Positions 41,311 to 51,766 are shown, numbered from the stretch's first letter. The stretch is DNA of 64,000 bases from an uncultured archaeon (GCA_964592405.1 CAZQBY010000005.1:24703-88702), one strand, 5' to 3'. Program-made: numbers and translations. The notes: generated by a model not told the origin, from the letters alone.

Positions 41311-42206
41311 GCGATTTTGAGCAGCCTCAGCATGATAGCATTCTGCATCCACATCCGGTTTTCTGCCTGATCCAGAATCACACTCTGCGGCCCATCTATG
41401 ACCTCGGTTGCCACTTCCTCGCCACGGTGGGCAGGCAGACAGTGCATGAAGATGGCTTTTGGCTTTGCAAGCTTCATCAGGCCCTTGGTAACGCGGTACC
41501 CATCCAAATCAGCAAGCCTTTTTGTGCGCTCATCCTCGGCGATGTGCATGCTCATCCATGTATCGGTGTAGACGACGTCTGCCCCTTTGACAGCATCTTT
41601 TACATCATGCATCAGCTTGCACCCCTTCTCCACAACGGGCCCATAGCCCTCCGGGAAGCCACAGCGGAGCTCGATGCCCAGTTTGGGCGCGGCGGCTGCC
41701 CACGAATTGCACGTGTTGTTTGAGCAGTCGCCAACAAAAGCCACTTTCAGGCCCTCTAGTTTTCCAAATTTCTCGGAAACCGTGAGCAGATCACTAAGTA
41801 TCTGGCAGGGATGATTGGTGTTTGTCAGCCCGTTTATCACCGGCACGGTCGCGCTTTTGGCGAGCTCTTCGATTGTAGAATATTCAAAAACACGCGCCAT
41901 TATGAGGTCCACATACCGGCTTGTCACACGTGCCGTATCCCCTATGGTTTCTCCGCGGCCCAGCTGTATATCACCTTTGGAGAGAAAAATCGCCGAACCA
42001 CCCATTTTTGACATGCCGGCCTCAAAAGAAACCCGCGTTCGGAGTGAAGGCTTCTCAAATATCATGCCAAGAACCCGGCCCTCCATTGCCTTTGCATATT
42101 TTTCCGGATTGAATTTTATGTCTTTAGCCAAAGCCAGCAAATCGAGGATTTCTTCCTTAGTGAGATCTCCAAGATTTATAAGGTTCTCCATAACACGGTT
42201 CTCCAT
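41307..42206 (-). CDS. argF: Ornithine carbamoyltransferase (alternative start at 42191)
   Basis: FEKPSLRTR, HPCQ, YTDTWMSM, FMHCLP and QAENR. Confidence 0.96.
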   Translation of the reverse strand: MENRVMENLINLGDLTKEEILDLLALAKDIKFNPEKYAKAMEGRVLGMIFEKPSLRTRVSFEAGMSKMGGSAIFLSKGDIQLGRGETIGDTARVTSRYVDLIMARVFEYSTIEELAKSATVPVINGLTNTNHPCQILSDLLTVSEKFGKLEGLKVAFVGDCSNNTCNSWAAAAPKLGIELRCGFPEGYGPVVEKGCKLMHDVKDAVKGADVVYTDTWMSMHIAEDERTKRLADLDGYRVTKGLMKLAKPKAIFMHCLPAHRGEEVATEVIDGPQSVILDQAENRMWMQNAIMLRLLKIA

Positions 42207-42427
42207 AACATTAATGTTTGGACTCTTTCCCAGTTTTGAAATTTTTGCATATATCCTTGCATATATCCTTTAATCCTTTATCCTTTGGATATCTTTTGGA
42301 TATATTGTTATCGGATATTTTACGAGGAGACTTATAAAATAAGGATAAAATAAGGCCATAAGATAGGCATCAATTAAGGGTTTAAATAATCTGTGTTTAA
42401 AACTTCGGGGGGTATTCGAAATCGAAA

Positions 42428-43663
42428 ATGGGTGTGCACGAAATCCTAAAAAAGATTGAGACAGTTCCGGTTCCAAAAGTGGAGAAGGTCTGTCTGGCCT
42501 ATTCCGGAGGTCTGGATTCATCACTTGGTGCGGAGCTTCTAAGGCGCAAATATAAGGCAAAAGAGATTGTGCCAATAACCGTGGATGTTGGACAAGGGGA
42601 AGAAGAGATAGCAGAGAGCAGACGAAAGGCCAAGATACTCGGTATCAGGCCAATACTCATAGATGCAAAAAAGGAGTTCACGGAGAAATGGCTGACAAAA
42701 GCCATAAGGGCGAATTCTGATTATGAGGGATATCCTGTTTCCACCTCCATGACCCGGCAGCTTGTAGGGAAGATAGTCGCAAAAAAGGCACGTGAGCTTG
42801 GATGCGATGCAATAATGGAGGGATCAAGTGGCAAGGGCAATGATCAATATCGCCTCCACAACACCATCAAGATATTCGCCCCTGAGATAAAGATACTTGT
42901 CCCTGTCAGGGATTTCGATCTTACCCGGACTGAGGAGGAGCAGCTCTGCAGGGAGTGGGGAGTCCCGGTCACAGAGATGATAAGTGGCGGAGATGACAAG
43001 ACCATGTGGTGTAGATCAATAGCAAGCGGCGCCATAGATCTAAATCAGGAACTTCCAGATAATATCTGGATGTGGCTGGTGCCACCAGAGAAAGCCGGTG
43101 ATGGGGGGGAAGAGATTGAGATTGAGTTTGAGAGGGGAATACCTGTGGCAATGGACGGCAGGAGAATGCCGCTCGACCAGCTAATAGAAAAGCTGAACAT
43201 CGTGGCCGGCCGCAATGGTATAGGCAAGATTGATATGTTTGAGGACGGCATCATGGGTCTGAAAAGCAGGGAGATATATGAAGCTCCTGCGGCCCATGTT
43301 ATCCTCAAGCTCCATAGGGATCTGGAGGGCATGTGTCTGACGAAGGAAGAGCGCATGTTCAAGGCGGCTGTAGACCAGAAATGGGCTTACCTAACATACC
43401 ATGGTATGTTCTTCCACCCGCTACGCGCAGAGCTGGATGCGTTCATTGAGAAATCGCAGGAGTTCGTGAATGGTATCTACAGGGTGAAGCTCTACAAGGG
43501 TAACATAGACATAATATCGCGCGCATCTGATACCTCGTTGTTCTCCGAGGAGATACGTTCAATAAAGAGCAGGGGCTTCAATCAGCGAGCCTGTGCAGAT
43601 GCTGCAAAGATACGTGGTCTGCCCTTTGAGATACTTGCAAAGAGGAAGATTCCGGAGGAATAG
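42428..43663 (+). CDS. argG: Argininosuccinate synthase, divergent copy 1
   Basis: LAYSGGLDSS, SGKGNDQYR and GLKSREIYEAPA; directly upstream of argH. Confidence 0.92.
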   Translation: MGVHEILKKIETVPVPKVEKVCLAYSGGLDSSLGAELLRRKYKAKEIVPITVDVGQGEEEIAESRRKAKILGIRPILIDAKKEFTEKWLTKAIRANSDYEGYPVSTSMTRQLVGKIVAKKARELGCDAIMEGSSGKGNDQYRLHNTIKIFAPEIKILVPVRDFDLTRTEEEQLCREWGVPVTEMISGGDDKTMWCRSIASGAIDLNQELPDNIWMWLVPPEKAGDGGEEIEIEFERGIPVAMDGRRMPLDQLIEKLNIVAGRNGIGKIDMFEDGIMGLKSREIYEAPAAHVILKLHRDLEGMCLTKEERMFKAAVDQKWAYLTYHGMFFHPLRAELDAFIEKSQEFVNGIYRVKLYKGNIDIISRASDTSLFSEEIRSIKSRGFNQRACADAAKIRGLPFEILAKRKIPEE

Positions 43664-43715
43664 CTCAGAACCAAGCAACTTCCGGCTTTTTCTTTTATTA
43701 TGAGCAAACTTAGCG

Positions 43716-45065
43716 ATGGCCAAGCTTTGGGACAAGGGCTATACCCTCAACAAAGAGGTGGAGAAGTTTACAGTAGGCGAGGACTACATTCTGGACAAGG
43801 AACTGGTGGAGGCTGACATAGCCGGCAGCATAGCCCACGCCAAGATGCTGGCCAAGATAGGTGTTTTGAAAGAGGCCGAGTTCAGCAAGCTCAGGGCTGA
43901 ACTACTCAGGATCCTAGACTTGCACTACAAGGGCAAGTTTGAGATTAAGCCAGAGGATGAGGATGTCCACACGGCGATTGAGAACCACCTGACCAGCAAG
44001 CTTGGCGACCTAGGCAAGAAGATACATGCCGGACGGTCGCGGAATGATCAGGTGCTGGTGGACTTGCGGCTCTATTCGAAGTTGAAGATTCTGGAGATAG
44101 AAGATAGCCTGCTGAAGCTCTGCCAGGCCCTGCTGGACTTCGCGGAGAAGAACAAAAACATTCCAATCCCCGGGCGGACACATACCCAGCTGGCGATGCC
44201 CAGCTCACTGGGACTGTGGGCCGGCGCTTATGCCGAGTCGCTGCTGGACGATTTGGAGCTATTGAAGACTGCTTACGATCTCAATGACCAGTGCCCGCTC
44301 GGGAGCGCGGCCAGCTATGGGGTTTCTCTGCCCATAGACCGGCAGATGGTGGCCGATTTGCTGGGCTTCAAGAAGGTCCAGAATAACGTGCTGTACGCCA
44401 ACAACAGCCGGGGGAAGGTGGAATCAATCATACTTGGAGCGCTCTCGCAGGTGATGGTGGACTTAAGCAAGTTCGCCAATGACGCCATTCTCTTCACCAT
44501 TCCGGAGCTCGACTATTTTGACCTGCCGGATGAGTTCTGCACCGGCAGCAGCATAATGCCCAACAAGAAGAATCCGGGAGTTCTAGAGCTGGTGCGGGCC
44601 AAGAGCAACAAGGTGCTGGCTGCTTATTATCAAGTAGTCGGAACAATAAAGGACCTGTATTCAGGCTACAACAGGGACTTTCAGGAAACAAAAAAGCCGC
44701 TGATGGAGGGACTGGCCATAACAAAGGCGTCGCTCGACATATGCGCGCTGGTTGTCTCGGGTCTCAAGGTCAACAGGGTCAAATGTATCCGGGCATGCAG
44801 GCCGGAGATATTCGCCACCGACAAGGCAGTGGAGCTGGTCGGCAAGGGCATGCCATTCCGGGACGCTTACAAGAAGGTGGCTGCGGAGCTGGACAGGCTG
44901 GAGGGGGAGGATGCAGTAGCGAATATAAAGGCAAAAAAGCATCTGGGCGCCACAGGCAATCTGGGACTGGGCAAAGCCGCCGCCAAGATTAAGGCTGAGA
45001 AGGAGAAGTTTACCAAGGAGAAGAAATCGCTCGAGCTCATGTTCTCCAAGCTGAAGAAAATCTAA
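43716..45065 (+). CDS. argH: Argininosuccinate lyase
   Basis: EDVHTAIE, HAGRSRNDQ, PGRTHTQ and TGSSIMPNKKNP. Confidence 0.96.
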   Translation: MAKLWDKGYTLNKEVEKFTVGEDYILDKELVEADIAGSIAHAKMLAKIGVLKEAEFSKLRAELLRILDLHYKGKFEIKPEDEDVHTAIENHLTSKLGDLGKKIHAGRSRNDQVLVDLRLYSKLKILEIEDSLLKLCQALLDFAEKNKNIPIPGRTHTQLAMPSSLGLWAGAYAESLLDDLELLKTAYDLNDQCPLGSAASYGVSLPIDRQMVADLLGFKKVQNNVLYANNSRGKVESIILGALSQVMVDLSKFANDAILFTIPELDYFDLPDEFCTGSSIMPNKKNPGVLELVRAKSNKVLAAYYQVVGTIKDLYSGYNRDFQETKKPLMEGLAITKASLDICALVVSGLKVNRVKCIRACRPEIFATDKAVELVGKGMPFRDAYKKVAAELDRLEGEDAVANIKAKKHLGATGNLGLGKAAAKIKAEKEKFTKEKKSLELMFSKLKKI

Positions 45066-45124
45066 AACCAGTCTGATTTTTCTTGTAGCCCTTCTTAAAC
45101 ATAGTAATTTCGGGGGCAGGCAGG

Positions 45125-47188
45125 ATGAAACTGAATAGGATAACTTTGTTCAAGAACGGCATCGGGTTCTTCGAGGGCGAGGCCTGTGTGAAAGAAGGCC
45201 GCTTCTCAATGGAATTCAAGAAGGAGCAGATGCCCGATGTTTTGAAGACGTTCCAAATCGTATCAGAGAATGGCGATTGCATACCCTTTTCTGTATTTGA
45301 CACAGCCAAGACGCTTGAGAAGACCTTAGAGGATATCGGAATAAACATCCCACCTGACGGCTCGTTGAAGGAGCTCCTAAAGCAGAGCATAGGCTATGAG
45401 GTCAGCGTCAAGCTGAAGAGCGGGAAGACTCTGGATGGCATCGTGCTGGGACTGGACCAGAAGACTTCCGTGTCAAAAGGGGGGGATTCTATTAAAGAAC
45501 CAACTGTGGTCCTACACTTAGACGACGGCAGCGTCAAGAGCGTGCCATTTGAGGACATGCTTTCCATATCACTAAAGGATGAGGGGAGAAAGGCAGAACT
45601 CAAGCGCTTCCTTGAGGAGATGAGGAAGAGCAAGAAGAAGGAGGCCAAGGCTCTGGACTTTGTGTTCGCTGGGAGTAAGTCTCCAAAGAGGGCGCGGATC
45701 TCCTACCTGGCGGAGATTCCTGTTTGGAAAGTGTCCTACCGCCTGAACATGGACGGCAAGAAGGGCAGGTTATCCTGCTGGGCAATCGTCGAGAACGGGA
45801 CCAGCCAGGACTGGGAGGATGTGCAGCTCTCTTTGGCTTCCGGAAAACCCATATCATTCAACTATGATATATACACTGGTAGGTACGCCCGCCGACCGAC
45901 GCTCACTATGCCGGAGGAGAGTACCCTCCTGCCGGCAGACTTTCAGGAAGTCGTACCAGAGCGGGATTTGGCTGTGCAGGATGAGGAGGCCCTTGATAAA
46001 GAGAAGCGCCTTACTAAGTGTGAAAAGACTAAGATGGAGCCTTCCAGTATGAGAGGATACACGCCACCTGTACCTATGGCGGCCCCTCAGATGCCGGAGG
46101 AGAAGCCCGAATTCGCCGAGAGAGAGGTCAGCTTCTCTAGAGAAATCTCAGTGCACTCATCGGAGGTTGAGGACACGACAATCTACAGCATAGCCGGGAA
46201 GGTCAACGTTCCCAAGGGCAAGTCGCTGTCTATTCCATTGTTCTCAAAAGAGGTAAAAGTCAGCAAGGTTTCGGTGTACAATGCGGACAATCATTCCAAA
46301 CATCCGATGCGCGTCGTGGAGCTCACCAATGATACCAAGTCTGCCTGGCAGACCGGACCTCTAGTGATATTTGACTCTGGGATCTATACAGGCGAGTCCA
46401 TACTCAAGAACATCAAGGTGGGCGAGAAGAAGAAGCTTTCTTACGCCTTGGACACGGACATCTTCGTCAGCGACCTGGGCGGCTCCATAAAGAGCATAGT
46501 TTCCAGGGTCCTGTGCGAGAAGGGTGTCGTCTACTTTGAGTACTGCGATGAGGAACTCAACGAATATGCGATAAAAAACAAGGGGGACTCCAAGAAGAAG
46601 GTGATAATAGAGCACCCGAAGAAGTACGGTGCAGTCTCAGTGTCTCCAAAGCCGGACGAAGAAACGACCGATTTCTACCGCTTTACAGTCAATGTCGGAG
46701 CGAAGGAGACGAAGAAGCTGAAATTCAAAATAGTGACAAGCAAGACCAATAGCGTCAAGCTGCTGAACAACCCGGACCTTGCCACTAACCTCTCTTGGTA
46801 CCTCAAGAACAAGTGGCTGAGTGGCAGGGAGGCAGACCTCATAAAGGGCTTCATCAGCGAGCAGATGAAGATAAATGAGCTCAAAAAAGAGCTGGCCAAC
46901 AAGGAGAAAGAGCGAGACCGGCTAATCCAGGACCTGAAGAGGGCAAGGGACAACTACAAGCTGTACGCACGTAATGGGAAGGGCGCCAGCACTGCCGAGA
47001 GCGCGGAGAAGGAAAAGCTGAGGGCAAAGTACAGGAAGAAGATCTCAGATATAGACTTGGAGATAGATGCGGTCAACGACGAGATAGAGAAGCTGCAGAA
47101 GGATATAAGGGAATGTGAGAAGAGCCTTGCCGATAGGGTGTCAAACACTTGGTTCGTAAAGAAGTTCAAGAGGGGGATATTCGGATGA
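45125..47188 (+). CDS. DUF4139-like protein with a C-terminal coiled coil
   Basis: ITLFKNGIGFF, DVLKT, WKVSYRL and WAIVENGTSQDWEDVQLSLASGKP. Confidence 0.8.
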   Translation: MKLNRITLFKNGIGFFEGEACVKEGRFSMEFKKEQMPDVLKTFQIVSENGDCIPFSVFDTAKTLEKTLEDIGINIPPDGSLKELLKQSIGYEVSVKLKSGKTLDGIVLGLDQKTSVSKGGDSIKEPTVVLHLDDGSVKSVPFEDMLSISLKDEGRKAELKRFLEEMRKSKKKEAKALDFVFAGSKSPKRARISYLAEIPVWKVSYRLNMDGKKGRLSCWAIVENGTSQDWEDVQLSLASGKPISFNYDIYTGRYARRPTLTMPEESTLLPADFQEVVPERDLAVQDEEALDKEKRLTKCEKTKMEPSSMRGYTPPVPMAAPQMPEEKPEFAEREVSFSREISVHSSEVEDTTIYSIAGKVNVPKGKSLSIPLFSKEVKVSKVSVYNADNHSKHPMRVVELTNDTKSAWQTGPLVIFDSGIYTGESILKNIKVGEKKKLSYALDTDIFVSDLGGSIKSIVSRVLCEKGVVYFEYCDEELNEYAIKNKGDSKKKVIIEHPKKYGAVSVSPKPDEETTDFYRFTVNVGAKETKKLKFKIVTSKTNSVKLLNNPDLATNLSWYLKNKWLSGREADLIKGFISEQMKINELKKELANKEKERDRLIQDLKRARDNYKLYARNGKGASTAESAEKEKLRAKYRKKISDIDLEIDAVNDEIEKLQKDIRECEKSLADRVSNTWFVKKFKRGIFG

Positions 47189-47243
47189 ATTTGTCGTGAG
47201 CAGGTTCCAAGTTCTTGCTCGCGCATTTGGGCATACCGGCCCA

Positions 47244-48431
47244 TTATTCCCTCAGTTTCCCCGCCACCTCGCTGGGAAGCCCCCACAGCTTGATGAAGCC
47301 CTCGGCCGACTTGTGGTCGAAGACGTCTTTCTTGTCGTATGTGGCCAGGCCCAGACTGTAGAGGGAGTTGGGTGACTCCCGCCCCACGACCTGCACACTC
47401 CCTTTGTAGAGCTTGAGCCTGACCTTGCCGGTGACGTGCTTCTGCGAGGATTCCAGGTAGGCGCTCAAATCATCCATGAGCGGGTCGAACCAGAGCCCAT
47501 AGTAGACCATCTCGGCGAACTTCTGGTCTATGCGCGCTTTGAAAGACTTCTGCTCGCGCGTGAGCACCATTCCCTCCAGATCCGCATGCGCGGCTATTAT
47601 TATGACTGCAGCCGGGGCTTCATAGACCTCCCTGCTCTTGATTCCGACCACCCGGTCCTCTATCATGTCTATCCGCCCGACGCCATGCTTGCCGCCGATT
47701 CTGTTGAGCGCGTCGATTAACTCTACTCCGCTCATATTCCTGCCGTTCAGGGAGACGGGCAACCCCTTCTCAAAGCCTATCTCGACGTATTCGGCCTTGT
47801 CCGGCGCCTTGTCCGGGTCGGCTGTCCAGCTGAAAGCGTCGCTCGGCGGCTCTGTCATAGGGTCTTCCAACACGCCGGCCTCTATGCTGCGGCCCCAAAG
47901 GTTCTCGTCCAGCGAATAGGGATTCTTTGATGTGACAGGGACTGGAATGCCGTTCTTCTTCGCGTATTCTATCTCCTCCTCACGCGTCATCCAGTTCTCC
48001 CGCACTGGGGCTATTATCCTGAGCTTGGGATTCAGTGCGCGCACTCCAACCTCAAAGCGCACCTGATCGTTGCCCTTGCCTGTGGCACCGTGCGCCACTG
48101 CATCTGCACATTCTTTCTCTGCTATATCAACCAAATATTTCGCTATCAGTGGCCGGCCAAGGGCTGTCCCGAGGGGATATCTTCCTTCATACATGGCATT
48201 AGCCTTGATAGCCTTGCAAATATAATCCCTGAAGAACTCCTCCCGCACGTCAAGGGAATAGGTGGCCACTGCACCAAGCTTCTTTGCCTTTTCCTCAATA
48301 GCCTTCAAATCTGTCTTCCCCTGCCCCAACTCAAGAGTAAGTGTAACGACATCAGTTTTGTACCTCTCCTGTAGCCACTTGACTGCCACAGATGTGTCAA
48401 GGCCTCCGGAATAGGCAAGAACAGTTTTCAT
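47244..48431 (-). CDS. argG: Argininosuccinate synthase, canonical copy 2
   Basis: VLAYSGGLDTS, YPLGTALGRP, HGATGKGNDQVRFE, YSLDENLWGRSIE and GIKSREVYE. Confidence 0.97.
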   Translation of the reverse strand: MKTVLAYSGGLDTSVAVKWLQERYKTDVVTLTLELGQGKTDLKAIEEKAKKLGAVATYSLDVREEFFRDYICKAIKANAMYEGRYPLGTALGRPLIAKYLVDIAEKECADAVAHGATGKGNDQVRFEVGVRALNPKLRIIAPVRENWMTREEEIEYAKKNGIPVPVTSKNPYSLDENLWGRSIEAGVLEDPMTEPPSDAFSWTADPDKAPDKAEYVEIGFEKGLPVSLNGRNMSGVELIDALNRIGGKHGVGRIDMIEDRVVGIKSREVYEAPAAVIIIAAHADLEGMVLTREQKSFKARIDQKFAEMVYYGLWFDPLMDDLSAYLESSQKHVTGKVRLKLYKGSVQVVGRESPNSLYSLGLATYDKKDVFDHKSAEGFIKLWGLPSEVAGKLRE

Positions 48432-48470
48432 GGTTTATATTTCATTTTCACCAAATAAAAGGGGTTTCTG

Positions 48471-49154
48471 GTGGCAAATATGAAGATTCCAAGGCATATA
48501 GCTCTCATTCCTGACGGCAATCGTAGGTGGGCGAGGGAGAAGGGACTAAAACCATGGGAGGGCCACAGGACTGGGATAGAACGGTTCAAGGATTTTCTCG
48601 ACTGGTGTTACGATTTGGGGGTTGAGGAAATAACGGCATATTCGCTATCAAGAGAGAATCTAACGAAAAGGACACCTGATGAGATGAGGTTTTTGTTTAA
48701 GCTCTATGAGGATGGTTTCAGGGAGCTGCTCTCCTCACCAAAGGTCATTGATAGAGAGGTCAGGGTAACTTTTGCCGGAGATTTAGAACCCTTTCCAAAA
48801 AGCCTGAGGGAGCTCATCTCAGATATCGAAGCCAAGACTGGGGAGTTCCAGAAGAGGCGCCTGAACCTTTGTCTCAACTATTCAGGGAGGGGTGAGATAT
48901 TGTATGCAGTGGAGAAGCTCATAAAGAACAGAAGAGATATAACGGAAGCCAACCTAGAGGAGTTTCTGCAGGTGAAGACTGCACCAGACCTTCTCATACG
49001 CACAGCTGAGCACAGGATAAGCAATTTTCTGCTCTGGCAGTGTGCATATAGTGAAATATATTTTACTGAGAAACTGTTTCCGGATTTCACCCGTGATGAT
49101 CTCATGCAGGCCCTGAAACAGTTCGCCAATACGGAGCGGAGGTATGGAAAGTGA
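48471..49154 (+). CDS. uppS: cis-prenyltransferase (undecaprenyl diphosphate synthase)
   Basis: HIALIPDGNRRWA, YSLSRENL, NYSGR and DLLIRT..RISNFLLWQ. Confidence 0.95.
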   Translation: MANMKIPRHIALIPDGNRRWAREKGLKPWEGHRTGIERFKDFLDWCYDLGVEEITAYSLSRENLTKRTPDEMRFLFKLYEDGFRELLSSPKVIDREVRVTFAGDLEPFPKSLRELISDIEAKTGEFQKRRLNLCLNYSGRGEILYAVEKLIKNRRDITEANLEEFLQVKTAPDLLIRTAEHRISNFLLWQCAYSEIYFTEKLFPDFTRDDLMQALKQFANTERRYGK

Positions 49155-49639
49155 TATTGGGCAGGGGGGAAATATTCAAACTGGTCAGAGAGAAGAAGCT
49201 TATTGAGGAATTTGATGACAGGTGTCTGGAGGGGGCAGGATATGACCTCCGCATAGGCAAATTCTATAGGGTCTTTGGAAAGACGTATCTCAGTCCTGAC
49301 AAAAGAAAACTGCCTGAAATAGAAGAGATAACGGAGGAACAACTTATACTCAAACCCGGCGACTACATACTGATGGAAACCATAGAAAGGATAAACATGC
49401 CTGCAAATCTGGCTGCACGCGTCCTGAACCGCAGTTCACTCTTTAGGTGTGGAGCGACGACATTCAACGCCTTCGTGGATCCGGGATACTGCGGAAGGCT
49501 AACATTCGGACTCAAGAACATCTCCAGCCATGACCTCAGTATAGCCAAGGGAACCAGAATAGCGCAGATAGTGTTTGAGGAGGTTGTAGGGCAGACAGAG
49601 TTATACCGGGGGAGATATCAGGGAGGGAAGGTAGTCTAG
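49151..49639 (+). CDS. dCTP deaminase/dUTPase family protein (probably dUTPase-type)
   Basis: GYDLR, RSSLFRCG, VDPGY.G, RIAQ and YQG; the deaminase Glu expected after the DPG motif is absent (GRLTFGL). Confidence 0.85.
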   Translation: MILGRGEIFKLVREKKLIEEFDDRCLEGAGYDLRIGKFYRVFGKTYLSPDKRKLPEIEEITEEQLILKPGDYILMETIERINMPANLAARVLNRSSLFRCGATTFNAFVDPGYCGRLTFGLKNISSHDLSIAKGTRIAQIVFEEVVGQTELYRGRYQGGKVV

Positions 49640-50169
49640 AGAAGCTTTCTCAACTCTTCCCGACAGTTCTCACAAAAGAACGGCCTTTTGGCATCAACCA
49701 GCATGATATTGTCTGAAAATGACATGACACATTCTCTCCTCCTGCAGTGTTCCAGACCATAACAGTGTCCCAGCTCGTGGGCCGCCTCCTTCACTGCACG
49801 CTCTTTCACTCTCTCATAATTGGATTCCTTTCCATAGAAGCGCTCGTCCAAGCGGTAGAGAGATATCATACACAATCTGCCGCCCTTCTGGGCCACACCA
49901 AATATAAAATTCATATCACCCATAAATATGTCAAAGTTTGCAACAGCTATTATCTTATCAGCTTTGAGGTCTTTTGTCATTTCGTTTAGATAAGAAACCA
50001 GCTTATCGGCATCATACTGCTCCCGCTCGCGGTTGTATATATCCTCCTGCAGCGTTGGTATGGGGGGAAGTATCTCAACCCTTGAGAGAAAGGTGTTTCC
50101 CAAATGCTCCTTGAGATCAGAGAGTATCCTATCACTTATCTTGAGTATGGGGAGAATCAAGATTGACAT
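49636..50169 (-). CDS. amzA: Archaemetzincin Zn metalloprotease
   Basis: REQY, NFIFG, KEAAHELGHCYGLEHC...CVMSFS...FCENC. Confidence 0.93.
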   Translation of the reverse strand: MSILILPILKISDRILSDLKEHLGNTFLSRVEILPPIPTLQEDIYNREREQYDADKLVSYLNEMTKDLKADKIIAVANFDIFMGDMNFIFGVAQKGGRLCMISLYRLDERFYGKESNYERVKERAVKEAAHELGHCYGLEHCRRRECVMSFSDNIMLVDAKRPFFCENCREELRKLL

Positions 50170-50208
50170 ATCAAAGTTTTAAGAAAAAAAGAGAAAAACA
50201 GCCAAGGA

Positions 50209-51117
50209 TTAGCTCCTCAGCCGCGTGCCACAGGACTGGCAGAATGTGGTTCCTGAATCATTCAGAGTCCCACATGCTGGACATTTTATCTGTGAAACCT
50301 GTTGAGCTGTTGTAGTTGCTGTTGTTGTCTGGGCCTGTGCAGGCTGGGCAGTGCCTGTAGCAGATGTCCCCCCTCCCTGAATGATTACGGGAGCCGATGC
50401 TGGAGCAGGGGCTTGGATTATGTTTGTTGTAGTTGCAACAGGCTGGCTGGCAGGTATCGGGGATGCCAGGATAGCAGACATCAGGGCTCCGCCCATGCCA
50501 CCGATTATTCCAACGATTATGGGGGTTATCAATACTACCCCCAGAAGCCAACCTACCCCCAGAAGGTTAAGGAGATCAACACCAGACGCCTGGCCTGCTC
50601 CTCCTACTGCCAAGAAGACATAGAGCGCCACTATCACGAGGGCAATGTAATAGCCCACAATCACAGAGGAAAACCCGGATACGAAGCCTCTACTGGCGGC
50701 GCCCCGCGATATGACACCGGCAATGACTCCGGCAATTAGGGCTGCTATGATAGGCAGTAGTACTCCAACTATGTTAACCGCCAGAGCGGAGGTAAACAGG
50801 GGTCCTAAACCCAAAGCCGCAGAGCCGACTAATATGCCCAAAAGCATGAGGTCCATATTCATTCCAGCCATATTGGGGGGCCCTCCTATGCCCATGCCAC
50901 CAAGAGAATTGAGGGCACTGGAGACCTCAATTATGGAGATGCATACAGGCTGCACCGGAACTCCCATTGCTGGCATTCCCATCGCGGTAGCTATACCACC
51001 AATGTCCACACAAACTGGGATGAACAGACCGAATATGCCGTTTAGAACAAAGAACACTATGAAGCCAAGCAGTATGGCCAATCCCATGGAACCTTGTTTA
51101 TAAGCCATTTTAATCAA
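50209..51117 (-). CDS. Gly-rich multi-TM membrane protein with a C-terminal zinc ribbon
   Basis: Several Gly-rich TM helices, a T/Q/A-rich linker and CPACG...FCQSCG. Confidence 0.8.
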   Translation of the reverse strand: MIKMAYKQGSMGLAILLGFIVFFVLNGIFGLFIPVCVDIGGIATAMGMPAMGVPVQPVCISIIEVSSALNSLGGMGIGGPPNMAGMNMDLMLLGILVGSAALGLGPLFTSALAVNIVGVLLPIIAALIAGVIAGVISRGAASRGFVSGFSSVIVGYYIALVIVALYVFLAVGGAGQASGVDLLNLLGVGWLLGVVLITPIIVGIIGGMGGALMSAILASPIPASQPVATTTNIIQAPAPASAPVIIQGGGTSATGTAQPAQAQTTTATTTAQQVSQIKCPACGTLNDSGTTFCQSCGTRLRS

Positions 51118-51367
51118 TATTTACATAAACTCAATTGAAGGTTTATCTGCTTAAGTAACTAGTAGGGAAATAAAAATAATTTGAGATTTGCTACCCGGAG
51201 TTGCTATCCAGAGTTTGAAGTGTTGGAGCCCGGAGCATCAAATGAAAAAGGCAGGATATTAAACGAGTTTTAAAAATATAGAATTTTAAAAATATGCATT
51301 CAAACTAATACAATATCAAACTAATACAGTAAATCAATAAATCATACGAGTCAATAATCCAGAAAAA

Positions 51368-51712
51368 ATGGTTTTGGGCATGGTAAAAAAGGCGGAGTAT
51401 GAGAAGGTTGTAAAGGGCAACAATGAGCTTCGCGCAAAAATGGAGAAACTCCGCTTGGAAAACGCCCTCCTGAAGGACCAGATACGGGCCCTCAGCACAC
51501 TTCCACCAGATGCAGGCCAACTGTACATCTTCATCCAACTCAAGATGAGTGTTACACTGGATGACATAATGAAGAGCCCGAAATTTTCTGGCATGGGTAA
51601 GAGAAAGATAAACACTGCACTAAAAAAACTCCTAAAGAGACGGCTGATTGAGGTTAATGTGCAGAATGGGGAGGAGAGATATTCTGTCAGAACCCCTGAA
51701 ATACCGGGTTAG
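51368..51712 (+). CDS. Hypothetical protein (coiled coil plus possible winged HTH)
   Basis: N-terminal heptads, then INTALKKLLKRRLIEV...RY, a wHTH-like pattern. Confidence 0.65.
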   Translation: MVLGMVKKAEYEKVVKGNNELRAKMEKLRLENALLKDQIRALSTLPPDAGQLYIFIQLKMSVTLDDIMKSPKFSGMGKRKINTALKKLLKRRLIEVNVQNGEERYSVRTPEIPG

Positions 51713-51766
51713 GAACAACAGAGAGTATATGCCCCCTATGCCCTCCCAGAATTCTGCTACCGGTTT

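Noticed and set aside
42182-42210. 14-nt tandem duplication at the argF start (MENRV-MEN)
   Set aside because: Real but trivial; it only makes the start codon ambiguous.
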